From Eledone cirrhosa (taxonomy: Eukaryota): a stretch of 64,000 nt of DNA. The notes under the pieces were generated by a model. The model worked only from the letters and a program-made list of their open reading frames with translations, had not been told where the DNA came from and searched no databases. The stretch covers positions 400,086,001 through 400,150,000 of the forward strand of contig OZ024741.1 of the NCBI GenBank assembly GCA_964016885.1, given 5' to 3'. Shown here piece by piece: positions 57,455-64,000 of this stretch. Numbering within the stretch: position 1 is the first letter of the stretch; each line of letters starts with the position of its first letter. Both the position numbers and the translations under genes were made by a program.

Positions 57455-58464
57455 ATATATTGAAAGGATAACAAGGACGATTGGTTACTCCTTCATTGCA
57501 TTTATTGGTAGGTGACGCGCGTTTCGCCACTGATCAGCTCAAGGTTCGATCTGTATCGATCTTACCCGACTCTATAATCGGCAGCTCGACGGACCCTTTA
57601 AAATGCTATAAGAAAATGAATACATGCTATGTGGTAAAGTCAGAAGTTCACAAGTGGTCAATATGAGTTGTTTTGATTGGTGGAATAGATCATAGGGATG
57701 TATTCACTTGTAGTGTATGTGGGGGTGGGGGGATGTGATGATCAGATGGTGGTGACGGTCGCTGGCTGCGATGGGCTGTGGTGTGGGGGTGGCGGATTGT
57801 CAGTAGACAGGTTGGCGTATATTTGTGGCTGGTTATTGTGTGGGGTGTGGTTGTGGTTTTGTTGTTTATGGTAGTGACGTTTGTGGTGGTGTGGTGGATG
57901 TGTTAGTGGTGTCAAGTGGGGAGATACATATCTAGACACTCTTAGTCTGACAAATACGTTGTATTCATATACATGCGCATATATACTGACATATATACAT
58001 ACACACCTCTATACACACACACACATAGATCCACACATACATATATTTATATGCATATATACACACACGTATATATATATATATATACGTACATATATAT
58101 AAATATACTTACACACAGACACACACACTTGCGTTGGTTCGAGAGGGAAGGTATGTGTTGGCGATGTTAATGAAGTTAATGATTGCTGAGGTATGGAGTT
58201 GTGTCTTGTGGTGGCGGTGGTGGAGCTGTTGTTTTGTCGCTGACAACTCCACCACCGCCACCACAAGGTGAACTTCTGACTTTACCACATAGCATGTATT
58301 CATTTTCTTATAGTATTTTAAAGGGTCCGTCGAGCTGCCGATTATAGAGTCAGGTAAGATCGACACAGATCGAACCTTCAGCTGATCAGTGGCGAAACGC
58401 GCGTCACCTACCAATAAATGCAATGAAGGAGTAACCAATCGTCCTTGTTATCCTTTCAATATAT
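57455..58464. repeat. Inverted repeat, ~197-bp arms (57455..57651 / 58268..58464)
   Basis: Arms are near-identical reverse complements; each has GAAACGCGCGTC then AATAAA pointing outward. Confidence 0.9.
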
Positions 58465-58533
58465 ATATATATATAATATATATAGAATGGCTTCTACAGG
58501 ACTAGAACTGTTTCATTCGGGAGAAATCATCAG

Positions 58534-58584
58534 GGCTTCCTGATGATTTCTCCTGAACGAAACAGTTCTAGTCCTGTAGAAGCC
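58534..58584 (+). ncRNA. Type I hammerhead ribozyme-like motif, family H1
   Basis: ggcttc CTGATGA t-ttc-tcct-gaa-c GAAA CAG-ttctagtc-CTG TA gaagcc. An inverted partner arm lies at ~58484..58533. Confidence 0.7.
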
Positions 58585-58668
58585 TTTCTATATTAAATAT
58601 TTATACTCTGCTATGTATTGAGTACCTTACTTACTGTGGTTACCCCCGATAGAACCTGGGATAAACTT

Positions 58669-58898
58669 ATATATATATGGATGTATATATAATGTATTTT
58701 GCAATACACTTTATGCTTAATTAAAAGCATTTTGAAGACCGTAAGCTATTGTTTTAAAGTAGTGACAAATTCACTTACTTTGATCAAAGTAAGTGAATTT
58801 GTCACTACTTTAAAACAATAGCTTACGGTCTTCAAAATGCTTTTAATTAAGCATAAAGTGTATTGCAAAATACATTATATATACATCCATATATATAT
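58669..58898. repeat. Perfect 230-bp palindrome with no spacer
   Basis: Centre ...actttGATCaaagt... at 58783/58784. Confidence 0.95.
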
Positions 58899-58922
58899 TG
58901 CTATTTCAGAGCTCCAATTCTA

Positions 58923-58966
<44 letters not shown>

Positions 58967-59021
58967 GTGAGGTTTTTTTTACAAAATGAAAAATAACCGA
59001 GGTGTCCTACACGAGTGGAAG

Positions 59022-59307
59022 TATAAAGAAAAAGGGATGAAATCGAAAATGCAACTGAAGTCTTATTTTTTTTAAAAATATATATATTTATTTGGTTCCT
59101 TTACCGGTTTCGCAGTTCTTCTGCTTTTCAAAAGGTGAGTTGAGATGGAGGGTCTGTGGTTTTTCTCAGAGAAAAACCACAGACCCTCCATCTCAACTCA
59201 CCTTTTGAAAAGCAGAAGAACTGCGAAACCGGTAAAGGAACCAAATAAATATATATATTTTTAAAAAAAATAAGACTTCAGTTGCATTTTCGATTTCATC
59301 CCTTTTT

Positions 59308-59314
<7 letters not shown>
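59022..59314. repeat. Perfect 293-bp palindrome (1-nt spacer at 59168)
   Basis: Arms of 146 bp read as reverse complements. Confidence 0.95.
59201..59238 (+). ncRNA. Type I hammerhead, U3-A8 core variant (mirror copy 59098..59135 on minus strand)
   Basis: cctt TTGAAAA gcag-aagaa-ctgc GAAA CCGG TA aagg, then AATAAA. Confidence 0.75.
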
Positions 59315-59345
<31 letters not shown>

Positions 59346-59586
59346 AAGGTTGTGGTAAAAACCAGGTAGACCATAACCCACCAGAGTACTCGATACTAGG
59401 GGTAGTAGAGTGAGTAATATGAAAAGATTCAGGACCCTGATGGCTGAGCTCTAGCCATTTCGGCAGCTAGGTCCGAACAGTTTGGATCTAGCTGTCGAGA
59501 CAGCCAGAGCTCAGCCGTTGGACTCCTGAATCTTTTCATATATATATGTAAGTGTGTGTGTGTGTCTGTGTGTGTGTGTATAATAC

Positions 59587-59914
<328 letters not shown>

Positions 59915-59939
59915 ATATATATTTAAAATAAACCTTGTA

Positions 59940-62900
59940 GAGTTCTAAGGCCAGAATTTATCTATCTAATCTCTCTTTACCGACAATTTGTCGATTTGAG
60001 AAATGTAAGCAAAACACTTGTCTTTCCATTTTTCCGTAGTCCATTTGATGACCAGTGTCATTTAAAAAACTTTTATTTACACCCGTTTAGAATCTAATCT
60101 CTCTTTTTTCTCTCTCGGATTTTCAATTAATATTTCACATGTTTTTAATAATATGCCTCATTCTGTTTGGACGCTTTCTAAAAATTAACCTTCTCCTAAA
60201 GTTACCCATTTCCCGCCCTCCCACACCCGCACACCACCATTGCTATTTGGTCCAATCATAACTCAGCGGTTTATAGTAAGTTCTCTTACAAATCTGTATA
60301 GCAAAGCTACCACCCCAGTTATTACACCTTAAGTTTAGACCTGGTTGATTTTCGGTTTGCTAGGTGGACTGCGGAATTTGGAAAGTCTGAACACTCAATG
60401 ACAATGTCACAGATAAAGATAAATTCACCTCCTGTTGCAGGACGAGAATGCAAGGAGCCCTCTATATTTCAGACATGGATGACCAACATAATTCCGTCTC
60501 CCATACCCCTCCCTGCTCCTCCAGCCCATCCATTCCACCCTCCCAACTTCAGAGTTGGTACCATGAACGTAGGCACTTTGAAAGGTCGCTCAAATGAGGT
60601 TGTAGAGATGTTTGAACGTAAAGAAGTTGATGTTTGTTGTATTCAAGAGACTAGGTGGAGAGGTGGATCTGCTAGATTCATTGTGGGTAAAAAACGATGC
60701 TATAAACTTTTCTGGGTGGGAAATGACAACGGACTGGGTGGATAGGAATTATGTTAGCTGAAAAATGGGTAGATAAGGTAATTGACGTAAATAGAGTGAA
60801 TGAGAGAATAATTAAAATAAGACTAGCTCTAAATAGAACTACTGTGACAATAATATCCGCTTATGCACCCCAATCTGGTCTACCTGACGTTATAAAGGAC
60901 AGGTTCTATGAGTCACTAATGCACACTACCTCCCAAATAACCGACAGCGACTACTTAATTGTTGCTGGCGACCTAAATGGTCATATTGGATAACGTTGTG
61001 ATGGCTATGACAGAATCCATAGAGGCTATGGGTTTGGTAATAGAAATGAGGAAGGCTTCAGAATCCTGGAATTCTATGATGCTAATAACCTAACTTCAAA
61101 AAACGAGAAAATCACTTGATCACCTATAGATCAGGGGAACACGCCAGCCAGATAGATTATATCCTTACTAGAAGACGGGACAAAGTGTCTGTTGTAAACA
61201 CTAAATCCCTCCCCCGTGAAGAATGCACCTCCCAACATAGCCTAGTAGTTAGTGACCTCATAGTCAGGAATAGACATACTCAACGACAGAGGAGGCCTAC
61301 CTTCAGGAGAAGAATATGGAAGTTGAAGGACCCCACAGCCAGTGACAAATTTAAAAGCTTATTACTTGATGCTTTTGACAGTAAGGAAGAGCAATTAGAG
61401 ACGTACAATATAGAGGAACAGTGGGAATTCCTGAAAGCAAACCTGCTGATGGCGGCAGATGAAATTTATGGCTTGAGCAGACCTATTGGCAGGAGGAGAG
61501 TAACATGGTGGTGGAACAGTAAGGTGGAGGACACAATCAAGGCCAAAAAGCAAGCTTGAAAAGTATGGCAGGATGGGGGAAGTAGAGAACACTATCAAGT
61601 TGCCAGGAGAGAAGCTAGGAGACAAGTGTACTTTGCAAAAAGGGAAGCAGGGGATAGAAAGTTCAAGCATGTTCTACAACGTGAGGACCAAAAACGTGAG
61701 GTGTTCAGGATTGCTAGACAATGTGTCAAGGAAAACCGTGATATTGTCGGGGAGAAGTGTGTCCGTAATGATAATGGTGTACTTGCCCTCACTGATACTG
61801 ATAAGAAGGTAGCTTGGAAGTGTCACTACGTGAGACTACTAAATGAGGAGAATAAATGGGGAAAAGATAGTGTGACCCAAATCGATCCAATAGAAGGACC
61901 AGCGGTGCAAGTTAAAGGTAGTATAATAAGTAAGGCAATCAAAGATATGAAGACAAGCAAGGCAGCTGGGCCTTCGGAGATAGTTGCTGAGATGTTGAAA
62001 GCATCTGGAATGGTGGAACATACTATGGTCACCCGGATAGTAAACCAAGTAATACAGAATGGGGTCATACCAAAAGACTGGCATAGCTAGCAACATCATC
62101 ATTAACTGCTACAAGGGTAAAGGGGATGCCCTAGATAGGGAAAATTATAAAGACATTAAGTTAGTTGACCAGGCCATGAAGGTCACAGAAAGAGTTATAG
62201 CGCAACTAATCAGAGAGCGAATTGATCTAGATGAAATACAATTTGGGTTTGTGTCAGGTAAAAGTACCACAGACGCTCTTTTCCTTGTACAACAACCACA
62301 GGAGAAGTACCTAGCTAAAAGTAAACCCCTCTGCTTAGCCTTTGTACCCGGAGAAAGCCTTTGACAGAGTCCCCTGCTCCATTATCTGGTGGGCTCTTAG
62401 AAAACTAGGTGTAGATGAATGGCTTGTGAGAGCTATACAAGCCATGTATACAGAAACAATCAGTACAATGAATATAGTGAAGAATTTAGTGTAAAAGTTG
62501 GTGTTCATTAAGGTTCTGTCCTTAGCCCCCTGCTATTTGTTATTGCCCTTCTGACTATAACAGAGGAGTTTAAGACCGGCTGCCTATGGGAACTCATATA
62601 CGCAGATGATCTAACTCTCATAGCTGAATCTATGGCTGAACTAGAGAAGAGATTCCAAACATGGAAGCATGGCCTAGAATCAATAGGACTTAAAGTTCTA
62701 GTATGTCTAAGACTAAAGTTCTAGTATGTAGAAAGGAAAATAGGGCACAAGTGCCTTCTGGGAAATAGCCATGCTCGGTGTGTAGGAAAGGAGTAAGTAA
62801 AAATTCCATTTTATGTCCCAAATTCAAACTATGGGTACATAAAACATGTAGTGGGATCACAAGTAAACTATCTAAGAACGTAGGTTTTATATGTGGCCGA

Positions 62901-63926
62901 TGCTCAGGTGCAATAAGTAGCAAGTGCCCACAGGATTCTAGCTCCTTCTATTGCCCAGATGGTTCTATAGAAATAGTGGACACTTTCCGTTACCTGGGTG
63001 ACAATATCAGCAGTGGTGGAGGGTGCTCTTAAAGTACAGTAGCTAGAGTCAGAACGGGGTGGAAAAAGTTCAGAGAGCTTATACCGCTATTGGCCACAAA
63101 GGGTTTCTCTCTAAAAATGAAAGGCAGATTGTATGATACCTGTATACAAACAGCACGCTACATGGCAGTGAGACATGGGCATTGTGTGCAGAAGGACCTG
63201 CGCAGACTGGAAAGGAACGAAGCATGCATGCTCCGTTGGATGTGTAATACATGAACGGCAAAGCATAAATGAACTAAGTGAGAAATTAGGAATAAGAGGG
63301 ATGAGATGCTGTTTACTTGAAAGAAGACTGCATTGGTATGGTCACGTGATGCGCATGAAAGACGGAGTAGGTAGCCCAGAAAAACCTGGGACGATCTGAT
63401 AAATTCCGACCTTACACACTTGCACCTCTCTAAGACAATGTCACTGGATCGAGATCTTTGGCGCTACGCAGTAATACAGAAGACCCGCCTTGCCTATGTA
63501 CAAAGCGAAACCTACAGTCAGTAGGCACCTCTTAACCAAATATACACCCCAATCCACTACCCCTACCCTATCCTCCCACTCCCACCAACACCACCCTTTC
63601 TCTGTAAAGTTGCTACCACAACACCCAGTCCAAATAAATGAGATAATGAGATCGAGATCGTGTAGGTGTCACAACAAAATAACATACTGTCCATGCTGTC
63701 ATGTGGTCGTGTAGGTAACACGATAAAAAGTTCCCAGTTCCACACTGTAAATGTGGTTGGTGTTAGGAAGGGCAACCAGCCGTAGAAAACCTGCCAGATA
63801 GTCCTATATGAGCGAGACACGGTTACCCAACCAACCTTGCCTCAAATTGGAACAACTCCCATCTAACCCATGCTAGCGTGGAAGATAGACGTTAAACGAT
63901 GATGATGATGATGATGATGATGATGA
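59940..63926 (+). mobile_element. RTE copy 8 (A-like), full-length but decayed; 5' boundary approximate
   Basis: ORF start at 60398 (FRVGTMNVGTL, QETRW), many stops and frameshifts through APE-RT-PHD, (GAT)n tail to 63926. Confidence 0.9.
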
Positions 63927-64000
63927 CCCTCAATTAGGACGAGTTTTTTCTGAAGTCCTTCCTTACTCTTCTCACTCTCTCTACTCTCTTACTCTCTCTA

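Overview
Eukaryotic, repeat-dominated window with no recognisable host gene exons. The repeat spectrum (RTE LINEs with (GAT)n tails, Deu/Nin-type SINE pieces, very long TA/CA microsatellites) resembles a coleoid cephalopod such as Octopus; that is an inference, not shown. From 1 to 41.7 kb, six young RTE LINE copies of two subfamilies and a ~9.5 kb Helitron/Helentron-like block alternate with about 13 kb of (TA)n/(CA)n microsatellite. Every RTE copy has a PHD finger inserted inside the RT domain. The Helitron-like block carries an uninterrupted 2082-aa Rep-Helicase ORF ending in a ubiquitin-specific-protease-like (C19) segment. From 41.7 to 64 kb lie older repeats: SINEs, MITEs and two decayed RTEs. 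Between about 48 and 60 kb is a dense cluster of short inverted repeats and palindromes, many carrying complete or half type-I hammerhead ribozyme motifs from several unrelated families, often followed by AATAAA and flanked by (TA)n. These are probably Penelope-like element termini or non-autonomous ribozyme-bearing palindromic elements. All motif calls were made by eye and need covariance-model or HMM confirmation.
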